A stretch of DNA of 63,574 bases, filler included, from Candidatus Eiseniibacteriota bacterium (GCA_043809585.1; 5 parts of 5 records of this genome joined end to end with filler, not necessarily neighbours in it); one strand, 5' to 3'; counted from the first letter of the whole stretch, positions 28,058 through 37,563 are shown. The notes: generated by a model from the letters alone, not told the origin. Numbers and translations: made by a program.

Positions 28058-29137
28058 ATGACGAAATCTCAGGAACCGAGGAAATCGGAGGGTCCGGCGG
28101 GAACGGTCATCTGCACCGGCATCAGCAAGGTCGACAAGATCCCCTTTCTCCGGGAGTTCGCGGAAACGGGCCGGCGCCGGGGGGGCCGCGTCGAGGTCCA
28201 CGACGTGGGGAGCATGCTTCTCCGGAAGGCGGAAATCCTCGGCATCCCCTACCGGGACGAGAAGATCCTGGACGCCCCCGAGGTAACCCTGAAGACCCTC
28301 CGGGCGGCGGTGTTCGAGGAGATCCTGAAGAACCTCTCGGAAGACCAGGTCAACCTCATCTCCCTTCACGCATGCTTCCGGTGGGACGGCACACTTCTCT
28401 CGGGGTTCGACCCGTACTATCTGAACCTGCTCCGGCCCCGGCTCTTCCTCACCCTGGTGGACGACCTCCGCAAGATCGAGACCCGGATGGGGGAGAGCAA
28501 GCAGTGGCGGGGACGGCTCACCAGAAGCGAAATCGTGGACTGGCAGAATACGGAACTCTTCGTCACCCAGACCATGTCCGCCTTCCTCAACCGGCCCTGT
28601 TACATGATTCCGAAGACCCAGCCCATGGGTCCCCTCTGGAACCTCGTGGTGAGGCCGGAGCATCCGAAGGCGTACATCTCCTATCCGATCAGCGCCCTCT
28701 TCAAGCGGGAGAGCGGTGTCGATCCGGACGCGTTTTTCGAGGAGGTGCGCGCCTTCCGGGAGTTCGCCGAGGAGTTCCTGGTCGTGTTCGATCCGATGAG
28801 CATCAAGGATCTGGAGATGGACCCCGCCCGCGCAGAGGACGACGAAGAAGTGGAGCTTCTGAAGAAGGTGACGGTCTGGCGCGATTTCACCTTCATCAAC
28901 CAGAGCGACTTCCTGATCGTCTTCAACCCCCACGGGCTGGACTCGCCCGGCGTGAACGACGAGGTCTTCCACGGGTTCTCGAACAACAAGGACGTCTACC
29001 TCTACTACGCGGGCGAATCCAGGTCCCCCTTCCTCGAGAGCAAGACCACCCGGATCTTCTCCGACCTCGGCGAGATGAAAGAGTTCCTGCTCGAAAAGTA
29101 CGGGCCCCCGGCGCGGGGCGAGAACGGGGCGCCGTGA
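28058..29137 (+). CDS. Fusion of an NMP-kinase-like P-loop domain and a nucleoside 2-deoxyribosyltransferase/DNPH1-like domain
   Basis: N-terminal TVICTGISKVDK; C-terminal KAYISYP..FDP..RDFTFINQSD..SPGVNDEV..KDVY. Confidence 0.6.
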   Translation: MTKSQEPRKSEGPAGTVICTGISKVDKIPFLREFAETGRRRGGRVEVHDVGSMLLRKAEILGIPYRDEKILDAPEVTLKTLRAAVFEEILKNLSEDQVNLISLHACFRWDGTLLSGFDPYYLNLLRPRLFLTLVDDLRKIETRMGESKQWRGRLTRSEIVDWQNTELFVTQTMSAFLNRPCYMIPKTQPMGPLWNLVVRPEHPKAYISYPISALFKRESGVDPDAFFEEVRAFREFAEEFLVVFDPMSIKDLEMDPARAEDDEEVELLKKVTVWRDFTFINQSDFLIVFNPHGLDSPGVNDEVFHGFSNNKDVYLYYAGESRSPFLESKTTRIFSDLGEMKEFLLEKYGPPARGENGAP

Positions 29138-29931
29138 GCGTCCCCTCCCTCCGCTGGCTTCCCCCCTCCCGGGCCCTGATCGGCGTGGTCCACCTCGAGC
29201 CCCTCCCCGGCGCCCCGCGCTTCGGCGGTTCCCTGGGCGAGGTGATCGCCCGGGCGGTGAAAGACGCCCGGGCGTGGGAGGAGGGAGGAGCGGACGGCGT
29301 CATCGTCGAGAACTTCGGCGACGCCCCCTTCTTCGCCGGCTCCGTCCCCCCCGAGACGGTCGCCTCCATGACCGCCGCGGCTTCGGCCGTGGGCGGGGAG
29401 GTCGGGATTCCCCTCGGCGTGAACGTTCTCCGGAACGACGGCGAAGCCGCCCTCGCGGTGGCGGTCGCCTCCGGGGCACGGTTCATCCGCGTCAATGTCC
29501 TCGCCCACGCCTACGTGACCGACCAGGGGATCATCGAGGGAAGGGCCGCCACCCTTCTCCGGAAGCGCGCGTTTCTCGGCGCCGACGTTTCGATACTCGC
29601 CGACCTTCTCGTGAAGCACGCCGCCCCTCTCGCCCCGATCCGGGGGGCGGACGCCGCGCGGGACCTCGCCGGGCGGGCGGGGGCGGACGGCCTGATCGTG
29701 ACGGGGAGCGCCACCGGCAGGCCCCCCTCCCCGGAGGAGGTCGTGGAGGCGGCGGAGGCCGGCACGGGGGCGCCGATCTTCGTCGGAAGCGGATTGAACC
29801 CGGGGAACGCCGCCGCCCTCCTCGGCCCGGCCCGGGGGGCCCTGGTCGGCACGTGGTGCGAGAGGGAGGGGAGGATCGACGCGGAACGGGTCCGCGAGAT
29901 CGCCCGGGCGGTTCACGGGCAAACGGGATGA
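29134..29931 (+). CDS. BtpA/SgcQ family protein
   Basis: IGVVHLEPLPGAP, ENFGDAPF, GVNVLRND, TDQGIIEG, VKHA, DGLIVTG.ATG. Confidence 0.9.
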   Translation: MSVPSLRWLPPSRALIGVVHLEPLPGAPRFGGSLGEVIARAVKDARAWEEGGADGVIVENFGDAPFFAGSVPPETVASMTAAASAVGGEVGIPLGVNVLRNDGEAALAVAVASGARFIRVNVLAHAYVTDQGIIEGRAATLLRKRAFLGADVSILADLLVKHAAPLAPIRGADAARDLAGRAGADGLIVTGSATGRPPSPEEVVEAAEAGTGAPIFVGSGLNPGNAAALLGPARGALVGTWCEREGRIDAERVREIARAVHGQTG

Positions 29932-29959
29932 CCCGGCGCGGCGGATCTCCTCTCGACCT

Positions 29960-30595
29960 TCAGGACCCGGAGGCGTCCCCCTCCGCGAGGGCGGTTTGGA
30001 TCCGGGAGATCACCATCTCCACGGCGGCGACGTTTCGCCCGCCCATGGGGACGATGATGTCGGCGTGCCGCTTCGAGGCGACCACGAAGCGAAGGTGCAT
30101 CGGCTTGATTCGTTCCAGGTAGGCGGTGCAGATGTCCTCGAAGTCGAGGCCCTTCTCCGTCAGGTCCCGGCCGAGCCGGCGGATGAAGCGGAGGTCCGAG
30201 TCGGCGTCGATGAAGATCTTCACGTCCAGGAGTTCCCGCACCGCGTCGGCGGCGAGGATGAGAATCCCCTCGACGATGATCACCCGGCGCGGCTCGATCC
30301 GCTCGCCCGTCTCTTCCCGCACCGAGGCGTCCCGGTGGTAGACGAGTCTCGGGATCGAGCGCCCCCCGATGAGCTCCTCCAGGTGCTTCCGCATCAGACC
30401 GAAGTCGATCGAATCGGGGTGGTCGAAGTTGATCGTCTCCGCCCGGGCGCCGGCGCTCTTCTTGTCGTGGTAATAGGAAGATTCCGCGAGGATGAGCGCC
30501 CGTTCGGTGCCGATCTCCTCGGCCACCAGCCGTGCGAAAGTGCTCTTGCCGGCGCTCGTTCCGCCGGCGATGCCGACGAGCAGGGGGCGCTTCAA
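29960..30595 (-). CDS. udk: Uridine kinase
   Basis: GIAGGTSAGKST, NFDHPDS, IIVEGIL, KIFIDADSDLRFIRRL.RD, KPMH; RBS GGAGG before TTG. Confidence 0.92.
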   Translation of the reverse strand: MKRPLLVGIAGGTSAGKSTFARLVAEEIGTERALILAESSYYHDKKSAGARAETINFDHPDSIDFGLMRKHLEELIGGRSIPRLVYHRDASVREETGERIEPRRVIIVEGILILAADAVRELLDVKIFIDADSDLRFIRRLGRDLTEKGLDFEDICTAYLERIKPMHLRFVVASKRHADIIVPMGGRNVAAVEMVISRIQTALAEGDASGS

Positions 30596-30787
30596 TTCGA
30601 ATCCTCCCGGTGGGCCCATGGCGCTCATGATACACGCCGGAACCCCCCCCGGTCGAGATTCGAACGGATTCACGGGGGCGATTCCCTTGGCAAGGGTCGA
30701 AACCCTCTGGTAACATGATGGCCCGATCGTGGCAAGGTCCCGGGACCGGAGCGCGGCCCCTTTTCCCCTCCACCGGAGGAATGACGG

Positions 30788-31375
30788 ATGGACATGATCC
30801 CCTCGAGGCCCGGATGGATCGAAGTCATCGCCGGGTGCATGTTCAGCGGAAAGAGCGAAGAGCTGATCCGGAGATTGCGGCGCGCCCAAATCGCCAAGAT
30901 GAAGGTTCAGGCCTTCAAACCCGCCATCGACACCCGGTGGGAGGGGCACCGGAGCGGCGAGATCATCTCCCACGACGCCCGGCGCATCCCCTCCTTCACG
31001 GTGACCGCGGTGGAAGACATCGAGCAAGTCCTCGAACGGGACACGGTCGTGGTCGGGATCGACGAGGCCCAGTTCTTCGACTCCTCCCTCGTCGGATTCA
31101 CCCAGGCCCTGGCGGCGGAGGGAAGGCGCGTGGTCCTCGCCGGTCTCGATCTCGACTACCGGGGCCGGCCGTTCGAGCCGATGCCGACCTTGATGGCCAT
31201 GGCCGACTTCGTCACCAAAGTGCACGCGATCTGCATGGTGTGCGGCGGCCCGGCGACCCGGTCCCAGCGGCTCGTCCACTCGGAGGAGCGGGTGCTCATC
31301 GGCGACGAGAAGATCTACGAGCCCCGCTGCCGCCACTGCTTCGCCCCCCACGAGGCGGGGGCCCCCGCGCCATGA
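30788..31375 (+). CDS. tdk: Thymidine kinase
   Basis: GCMFSGKSEELIRR, IDEAQF, AGLDLDY, CxxC..CxxC zinc site. Confidence 0.95.
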   Translation: MDMIPSRPGWIEVIAGCMFSGKSEELIRRLRRAQIAKMKVQAFKPAIDTRWEGHRSGEIISHDARRIPSFTVTAVEDIEQVLERDTVVVGIDEAQFFDSSLVGFTQALAAEGRRVVLAGLDLDYRGRPFEPMPTLMAMADFVTKVHAICMVCGGPATRSQRLVHSEERVLIGDEKIYEPRCRHCFAPHEAGAPAP

Positions 31376-31905
31376 ACCGCGGCGCCCCCCGCGACCTCGT
31401 CGGCGAGAGGGCGCGCGAATCCGGCACTCCCCTCGGGGCGTCGGTCGCCCTCGGGGCGGACCACGGCGGTTTCGAACTCAAGGAGAGACTGAGGCGGTAC
31501 GTCGAGGAGGAGCTCCGCCTCTCCGTCGCCGACTGCGGCGCCTTCTCGAAGGACGCCGTCGACTATCCCGACATCGCCGCCGAAGTCGCGCGGCGCGTCG
31601 CCCGGGGGGAATGCGCCCGGGGGATCGTGATCGACGGCGCCGGCATCGGCTCTTCCATGGCGGCGAACAAGATTCCGGGCGTGCGGGCCGCGCTCTGCCA
31701 CGACGATCGGACCGTACTGAACAGCCGGGAACACAACGACGCGAACGTGCTCTGCCTCGGCTCCGTGGGACTCGCGCCCGGAAACGCCCGGCGCCTCGTC
31801 CGGCTCTGGCTCGGCACCCCCTTCGCCGGCGGCCGCCACCAGCGGCGAGTCGACTTGGTGGACGCCCTCGACGAAGACAAGGGCGGGGGAGGGATCCACC
31901 CATGA
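31372..31905 (+). CDS. rpiB: RpiB/LacAB family sugar-phosphate isomerase (DGAGIG variant)
   Basis: GADHGG, DYPD, IDGAGIGSSMAANK, SREHNDANVL, FAGGRH. Confidence 0.88.
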   Translation: MNRGAPRDLVGERARESGTPLGASVALGADHGGFELKERLRRYVEEELRLSVADCGAFSKDAVDYPDIAAEVARRVARGECARGIVIDGAGIGSSMAANKIPGVRAALCHDDRTVLNSREHNDANVLCLGSVGLAPGNARRLVRLWLGTPFAGGRHQRRVDLVDALDEDKGGGGIHP

Positions 31906-33113
31906 CGACGAAGAACCGGGCGGCGAACCGGAAAGCTCGGAACCGCCGCTACGCCTTGGGCGAAGACTGGCGCGAGTTCACCATGCCCTACGTTCGGCGC
32001 ATGCCGAAGACCGACCTCCACGTCCACCTCGACGGATCGCTCCGCCTCGGCACCCTGTGGGACCTGGCGAAGGAGCAGGGGGTGAGTCTCGGCTCCCGGA
32101 CCAAGGAGTCGCTGAAACGAAAGGTCCAGGTGGGGGACGGGTGCAAGAGCCTCGGCGACTACCTGCGCTCCTTCGACATCACCCTCCGGGTCATGCAGGA
32201 GCCCGAGGCGCTCACCCGCATCGCCTACGAACTGGCCGCGGACGCGGCGAAAGAGAACGTCTGGTACATGGAGGTGCGCTACTCGCCCCTCCTCCACCTG
32301 AAGGGCCCCATGGACATGGCGGGCACGGTGGACGCGGTGCTCGCCGGCCTCAAGGCGGCGGAACAGCGCTTCTCCATCAAGACCGGAATCATCCTCTGCG
32401 GCATCCGCTCCATGCGCCCCGAGGATTCGATGGAGCTCGCCGAGCTGGCCGTGGCGTACCGCAAGAGCGGCGTGGTGGCCTTTGATCTGGCGGGCCAGGA
32501 GAAGGACTACCCGGCGAAGAAGCACCGGGAAGCGTTCTACAAGGTGCTGAACCACAACCTGAACGTCACGGTTCATGCGGGCGAGGCCTTCGACGTCCGT
32601 AGCATCCACCAGGCGATTCACTACTGCGGCGCCCACCGGATCGGACATGGAACGAGGCTTCGCGAAGACCCGGACCTCATGAATTACATGATCGACCACC
32701 GGATCCCCCTCGAGGTCTGCCTCACGTCGAACGTGCAGACCCGCGTGGTCGAGCGGATCGAGGACCACCCGTTCAAGTTCTACCTGGACCAAGGGCTCCG
32801 GGTGACGGTGAACACGGACAGCCGTCTGGTCTCGGACACGTCGGTCACCAAGGAGTTGGTGCGGGCGAGCCGGGCGTTCCGGCTGAACCATTACGAACTC
32901 CGGCAGATCCTCCTGAACGGCTTTCGGAACACGTTCCAGCGCTACCGGGACAAGGTCGGCATGGTGAGGGAGGCCCTTATCGAAATCGACCGCATCCTCG
33001 GCGAACGGTTCCCGATGGACCACTTGGTGGTGCTGCAGGATTGGCGCCACGTGGAAGGGAAGCGGGAAATGGTGAAACCCGGCCCGAGACGACCCCCCCG
33101 GGCCCTCTCGTGA
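31902..33113 (+). CDS. add: Adenosine deaminase
   Basis: PKTDLHVHLDGS, DLAG.E, TVHAGE, RIGHG, EVCLTSN, NTD. Confidence 0.93.
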   Translation: MTTKNRAANRKARNRRYALGEDWREFTMPYVRRMPKTDLHVHLDGSLRLGTLWDLAKEQGVSLGSRTKESLKRKVQVGDGCKSLGDYLRSFDITLRVMQEPEALTRIAYELAADAAKENVWYMEVRYSPLLHLKGPMDMAGTVDAVLAGLKAAEQRFSIKTGIILCGIRSMRPEDSMELAELAVAYRKSGVVAFDLAGQEKDYPAKKHREAFYKVLNHNLNVTVHAGEAFDVRSIHQAIHYCGAHRIGHGTRLREDPDLMNYMIDHRIPLEVCLTSNVQTRVVERIEDHPFKFYLDQGLRVTVNTDSRLVSDTSVTKELVRASRAFRLNHYELRQILLNGFRNTFQRYRDKVGMVREALIEIDRILGERFPMDHLVVLQDWRHVEGKREMVKPGPRRPPRALS

Positions 33114-33127
33114 GGGAAAGAGAAGGC

Positions 33128-33847
33128 ATGAGTCTCGATCGATTCGAATTGATCGCGCTGGTCGGCCGGCCCGCCGCCGGCAAGTCGGAAGTCATCGACT
33201 ACTTGAAAAAGGCGCGCCCGGAGGAGCGGGTCCGGCGATTCCACATCGGCGACTTCGTCGAAGTGGACGACTTCCCCTTCATCTGGGAGCGTTTCCAGGA
33301 CGACGACATCCTGACCCGTCTCGGCATGAAGAGGGCCTTCACGGACGAGAAGTACTACTTCCTCGACGAGCGCCTCTGGGACTTCTTCATCGCGAAGATC
33401 TCCCACCGGGTCGACCAGATTCGGGCCGAGAACCCCGCCTACTTCGAAAAGACCACGGGGGTCCTCGAATTCGCCCGGGGGGGGGAGCGGGGCTTCCGGG
33501 ACGCCTTCGAGCGGCTCTCGGACCACATCCTGAAACGGCTCGGCGTCGTCTACATCGAGGTGAGCTACGAGGAGTCGCGCCGGAAGAACCGAAGGCGGGC
33601 CCGCCCCGGCTTGGAGGGGTCGATCCTCCACCACTCGCTCCCGGACGACAAGATGAAGTTCTACTACGAGACGAACGACTGGAATGAACTCGCGCCCGAC
33701 CGTCAGGGGCGCTTCTCCGTCCGGGGGATCGAGGTGCCCTACGCGGTGCTCCCCAACGAGCCGGAAGTGACCGACGATCCGGCGAAGCTCGGCCCCGCCC
33801 TCGAGGACGTCTTCGAAAGGCTCTGGAAACTGCGGAATCCCGAGTAG
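33128..33847 (+). CDS. Uncharacterised P-loop (NMP-kinase-like) protein
   Basis: Walker A LVGRPAAGKSE; LEFARG; last gene of the tdk-rpiB-add run. Confidence 0.75.
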   Translation: MSLDRFELIALVGRPAAGKSEVIDYLKKARPEERVRRFHIGDFVEVDDFPFIWERFQDDDILTRLGMKRAFTDEKYYFLDERLWDFFIAKISHRVDQIRAENPAYFEKTTGVLEFARGGERGFRDAFERLSDHILKRLGVVYIEVSYEESRRKNRRRARPGLEGSILHHSLPDDKMKFYYETNDWNELAPDRQGRFSVRGIEVPYAVLPNEPEVTDDPAKLGPALEDVFERLWKLRNPE

Positions 33848-33960
33848 AACTCGTTTCAAAACCCCTTTCGCCGCGAGGGTGAGCGAAGGGACGGACGGCG
33901 AGGATCGAGGGCCGTCCCTGCAGCCGGCCGTAGCAGGAAGGGGTTTTGAAACGAGTTCTA
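33845..33960. repeat. MITE-like family C copy C1 (116 bp)
   Basis: Perfect terminal IR TAGAACTCGTTTCAAAACCCCT/AGGGGTTTTGAAACGAGTTCTA; starts on a TAG stop; shares its right TA with A3. Confidence 0.9.
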
Positions 33961-34139
33961 GCCTGGTTTATGCACAACTCTCCGACTGCGATCTCGGATC
34001 GCCGCCTGCGAAGCCTCCTTTCCTTCGCCGCCTCCTCGATGTAGTGCATGACTACACCTCCGGTGGCGGCTCGTCCAAGTCAGCTTCTCGTCAGGCGATC
34101 CGAGCCCTCGTGACGGAGATTCATGCATAATTCAGGCTA
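33959..34139 (+). repeat. Family A copy A3 (181 bp, no insert; reference copy)
   Basis: TA-bounded rod with terminal IR TAGCCTG..TATGCA/TGCATAA..CAGGCTA; apex tgtagt-gcatg-actaca. Confidence 0.9.
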
Positions 34140-34254
34140 GGAAACCGAGGGGAGNNNNNNNNNNNNNNNNNNNNNNNNNNNNNNNNNNNNNNNNNNNNTT
34201 AATTAATTAANNNNNNNNNNNNNNNNNNNNNNNNNNNNNNNNNNNNNNNNNNNN

Positions 34255-34406
34255 GAGTGCGTCAGATGCGGCAGCGCGCAGCATTCACCAAGCAGAGCAT
34301 ATCCAACGATATGTGAGCATTGGTGAATGCGAGCACTGTCGCAGATGGCGTGCTATCATGCGAGCGTCAGCGTTTTGAGCCGAGATTTTATGAAAAATCA
34401 AGGTTA
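34255..34406 (+). repeat. Family B copy B2 (left end lost at contig break)
   Basis: Near-identical to 15287-15438. Confidence 0.9.
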
Positions 34407-34417
34407 GGAGACTACCC

Positions 34418-35413
34418 ATGAAGGCGATGGTGCTCGGGCGGCAGGGAGAGCCTCTCCGGCTCTCGGACCTTCCGGTGCCGGAGCCGGCGCCCGATCAGGT
34501 TCTTCTCCGGGTCCACGCGTGCGGGGTCTGCCGCACGGACCTTCACGTCGTCGACGGCGACCTGACGGAGCCGAAGCTCCCCCTCGTCCCCGGCCACCAG
34601 ATCGTGGGCCGCGTCGTTCGGATGGGGGCGGAGGTCGGCGGAATCGCCGAGGGGGACCGGGTAGGCGTCCCCTGGCTCGGCGGAGTGTGCGGCGAGTGCG
34701 CCTACTGCCGGAGCGAGCGGGAGAACCTGTGCGGCGATGCCCGCTTCACGGGCTACCAGTTCGACGGCGGCTTCGCCGAGTACGCCGCCGCCGACCACCG
34801 CTTCTGCTTCCCCATCCCCGGCGGTTATCCCGACCTCCAGGCCGCCCCGCTTCTCTGCGCGGGGCTGATCGGATACCGTTCGCTCCGCATGGCGGGCGAT
34901 GCGCGGCGGCTCGGACTCTACGGCTTCGGCGCCGCCGCCCACATCGTCATCCAGGTGGCCCGCCACGAGGGGAGGGAGGTCTATGCCTTCGCCCGGCCCG
35001 GCGACGACGACGCCCTCGCCTTCGCCCGGGAACTCGGCGCGGTCTGGGCGGGAGGCTCCGACGAAACCGCGCTGGCGGAACTCGGCGCCGCCATCATCTT
35101 CGCCCCCGTCGGCGCCCTCGTGCCCGCCGCGCTTCGCGCCGTCGCCCGGGGAGGGAGGGTGGTCTGCGCCGGCATCCACATGTCCGACATCCCCTCCTTC
35201 CCGTACGAGATCCTCCGGGAGGAGCGGCAGCTCCTCTCCGTCGCGAACCTGACCCGCCGGGACGGGCGGGAATTTCTGGAGATCGCCCCGAAGGTCCCCG
35301 TCCGGACCGAGGTCGCACCCTATCGGCTGGAAGAGGCGAACGAGGCGCTCGCCGATCTACGAGAAGGACGGCTCCGGGGGGCGGCGGTGATCGCCGTCCA
35401 CGACGACGGATAG
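34418..35413 (+). CDS. Zinc-dependent alcohol dehydrogenase family protein
   Basis: CGVCRTDLH, PGHQIVG, CGECAYC..ENLC, LLCAGLIG, GLYGFGAAA. Confidence 0.93.
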   Translation: MKAMVLGRQGEPLRLSDLPVPEPAPDQVLLRVHACGVCRTDLHVVDGDLTEPKLPLVPGHQIVGRVVRMGAEVGGIAEGDRVGVPWLGGVCGECAYCRSERENLCGDARFTGYQFDGGFAEYAAADHRFCFPIPGGYPDLQAAPLLCAGLIGYRSLRMAGDARRLGLYGFGAAAHIVIQVARHEGREVYAFARPGDDDALAFARELGAVWAGGSDETALAELGAAIIFAPVGALVPAALRAVARGGRVVCAGIHMSDIPSFPYEILREERQLLSVANLTRRDGREFLEIAPKVPVRTEVAPYRLEEANEALADLREGRLRGAAVIAVHDDG

Positions 35414-35453
35414 AGCCGGCCGCCGATTCTCCTTGCCCCGTCCGCCACGCAAA

Positions 35454-35468
35454 TGATAATTCTTGTCA
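35454..35468 (+). promoter_or_regulatory. Fur/Zur-box-like operator overlapping the -10
   Basis: TGATAAT-T-CTTGTCA (7-1-7 imperfect palindrome) immediately before the Fur-family gene. Confidence 0.5.
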
Positions 35469-35471
35469 ACT

Positions 35472-35912
35472 ATGAACGCCGATGACCGTCCCACCCTATC
35501 GGAATTCCAGGAGGCCCTCCGGGAGGCGGGTGTCCGGGTGACGGCCCAGCGGGAGGCGGTTTGGACCCTCTTCCTTCGCCGCCCCAAGGGCCTCACCACC
35601 GGTGAGGCGGCCGCCCTTCTCGGCCGCGAGGGGATCGGCACGGCCACGGTCTACCGGGCCGCGACGCTCTTCGAGAGACTCGGCTTCCTTCTCCGCGTGC
35701 AAGATACGAAGGGGGAGCAGCGCCTTCTCGCCCGGCGCCCGGGGCATGCCCATCTCCTGCTCTGCGATTCGTGCGGGCGGGTGGAGCAGTTCCGCACCTG
35801 CGGGTTCGACGTGCTCGAGAAGCTCTTGGAGGCGGAGACGGGGTTCCGTGTCCGGAACCACAACCTGGAGGTGCGGGGGATTTGTCCCGGATGCGCGGGG
35901 GGTTCCAAATGA
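35472..35912 (+). CDS. Fur-family regulator (probably Zur)
   Basis: RVTAQR, ATVYR, HAHLLLCDSCG, CPGC; heads a znu-like operon. Confidence 0.88.
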   Translation: MNADDRPTLSEFQEALREAGVRVTAQREAVWTLFLRRPKGLTTGEAAALLGREGIGTATVYRAATLFERLGFLLRVQDTKGEQRLLARRPGHAHLLLCDSCGRVEQFRTCGFDVLEKLLEAETGFRVRNHNLEVRGICPGCAGGSK

Positions 35913-36802
35913 GATTCCTTATCACTATCGTCCTGGTGCTGGCGGCCGTTCTCCCGGCCCGCGGGGAGGATCGTCCCCGCATCGTGACGACCCTGCCCCC
36001 CGTCGAGAGTCTCCTCCGGTCGATCGCGGGGGAGGCCGCGGACGTCTACCGGCTCCTTCCGGGGGGAGCTTCCCCCCACACTTATGAACCGCGCCCGTCC
36101 GATCTCCGACGCGTGGAGGGGGCGGTGGCCCTCGTCTATGTGGACGAACGGCTCGACGGGTGGGCGGCGGATCTGCCCGGCCCGCCGAAGATCGCCCTCT
36201 TTCCGATGCTCCCCGAGTCCCTCGTGATCGCGATCGACGGAGGCGAAGAAGACGGTCCCGGCAGTCACGGTCCGGGCGCTCACGATCACGGGGCCGGTCC
36301 CGATCCTCACTTCTGGACCGACCCGGCGGCGGTCCGTGCCGTGGTGCCGTTCCTCGTCCTGGCCCTCGGGGAGATCGACCCCGAGCGGCGGCCGGCATAC
36401 GAAGCGAACGGCGCCCTTCTCGAAGCCCGTCTCGACTCCCTGGACCGGGCGATCCGGGCGCGCACGACGGGGATCCGGGGGCGCCTGGTGATCCTCTCCC
36501 ACCCCTTCCTCCGCTACTATCTCCGGCGGTACGACATCGGCGTCGCGGCGGTGGTCGAACCGATTCCCGGGAAGGAGCCGTCGGCGAGGGACATCGCGCG
36601 GCTCATCCGAGAGGCGGACAAGGCGAACGTCTTCGCCATCCTCACCCTTCCGCAACTCTCCCCCCGGGCGGCGGAGCTGGTGGCCGAGTCGACGGGAATC
36701 CCGGTCCGCGTCGTCGACCCTCTCGGCGGCGTGCCGGGCAGGGAGACGTACGAAGAGATCCTGGACGGCATCACCGCGGCCCTGACGAAAGGGACGCCGT
36801 GA
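35909..36802 (+). CDS. znuA: Zn/Mn ABC transporter substrate-binding protein
   Basis: PGGASPHTYEP, His-rich loop, DPHFWTDP. Confidence 0.85.
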   Translation: MRFLITIVLVLAAVLPARGEDRPRIVTTLPPVESLLRSIAGEAADVYRLLPGGASPHTYEPRPSDLRRVEGAVALVYVDERLDGWAADLPGPPKIALFPMLPESLVIAIDGGEEDGPGSHGPGAHDHGAGPDPHFWTDPAAVRAVVPFLVLALGEIDPERRPAYEANGALLEARLDSLDRAIRARTTGIRGRLVILSHPFLRYYLRRYDIGVAAVVEPIPGKEPSARDIARLIREADKANVFAILTLPQLSPRAAELVAESTGIPVRVVDPLGGVPGRETYEEILDGITAALTKGTP

Positions 36803-37563
36803 AGGACGGCATGATCGTGACGGCGAAGGACCTCACCGTTCTCTACGGCGAGCGGGTCGCGCTGGAGGAGATCAGCTTCGAAGTCCCGGAGAAGGCGGCG
36901 CTCTCCATCGTGGGTCCGAACGGCGCGGGGAAGTCCACGATCCTCCGGGTGCTGCTCGGCCTGATCCGGCCGGACCGGGGGGAGGTCCGCGTCTTCGGGC
37001 GGGACCCCTGCCGGACGGCGGCGGGGAGCGTCGGTTATGTCCCCCAGCTGAAGACGCTCGATCCCCGCTTCCCCGCCCTGGCGGCGGAGCTCGTCCTCTC
37101 CGGCCTTCGCCGCCGCTGGCCCGGCCCCATCGGCGCGGCGGACCGCCGGAAGGCGATGGACGCCCTCGCCCGGGTGGGGGCGGCGGATCTAGCGAAACGC
37201 CCCCTCGCGAATCTGTCGGGGGGGGAGATGCAGCGGATCTACCTCGCCCGCTGTCTCGTCGGTGAGCCGCGCCTCGTCCTCCTCGACGAGCCGGTCACCG
37301 GCGTCGACGCCGTGGGGGAGAGGGACTTCTATCATCATCTCGAAGAGTACAGGGACCGGATGGGGGCGACCCTCGTGATCATCACGCACGACTGGCAGGT
37401 CGCCTCGTACCACTCGACCCACGTGCTCGTCTTGAACCGTCGGCGGATCGGGTTCGGCCCCCCCGCCGAGGCGCTCACGGAGGAGTCTCTACGCGAGGCG
37501 TACGGGCATCTCGGGCACGCCCACGACGAATTGCGCGGGCCTAGGGGGCACCGCCATGTTTGA
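36799..37563 (+). CDS. znuC: Zn/Mn ABC transporter ATP-binding protein
   Basis: GPNGAGKST, GYVPQ, LSGGE, LLDEP, His-rich tail. Confidence 0.88.
   Translation: MKDGMIVTAKDLTVLYGERVALEEISFEVPEKAALSIVGPNGAGKSTILRVLLGLIRPDRGEVRVFGRDPCRTAAGSVGYVPQLKTLDPRFPALAAELVLSGLRRRWPGPIGAADRRKAMDALARVGAADLAKRPLANLSGGEMQRIYLARCLVGEPRLVLLDEPVTGVDAVGERDFYHHLEEYRDRMGATLVIITHDWQVASYHSTHVLVLNRRRIGFGPPAEALTEESLREAYGHLGHAHDELRGPRGHRHV

Noticed and set aside
33879-34130. Repeated small ORFs ending ..SASRQAIRALVTEIHA or starting MHESPSRGLGS
   Set aside because: They are translations of family A repeats, not independent genes
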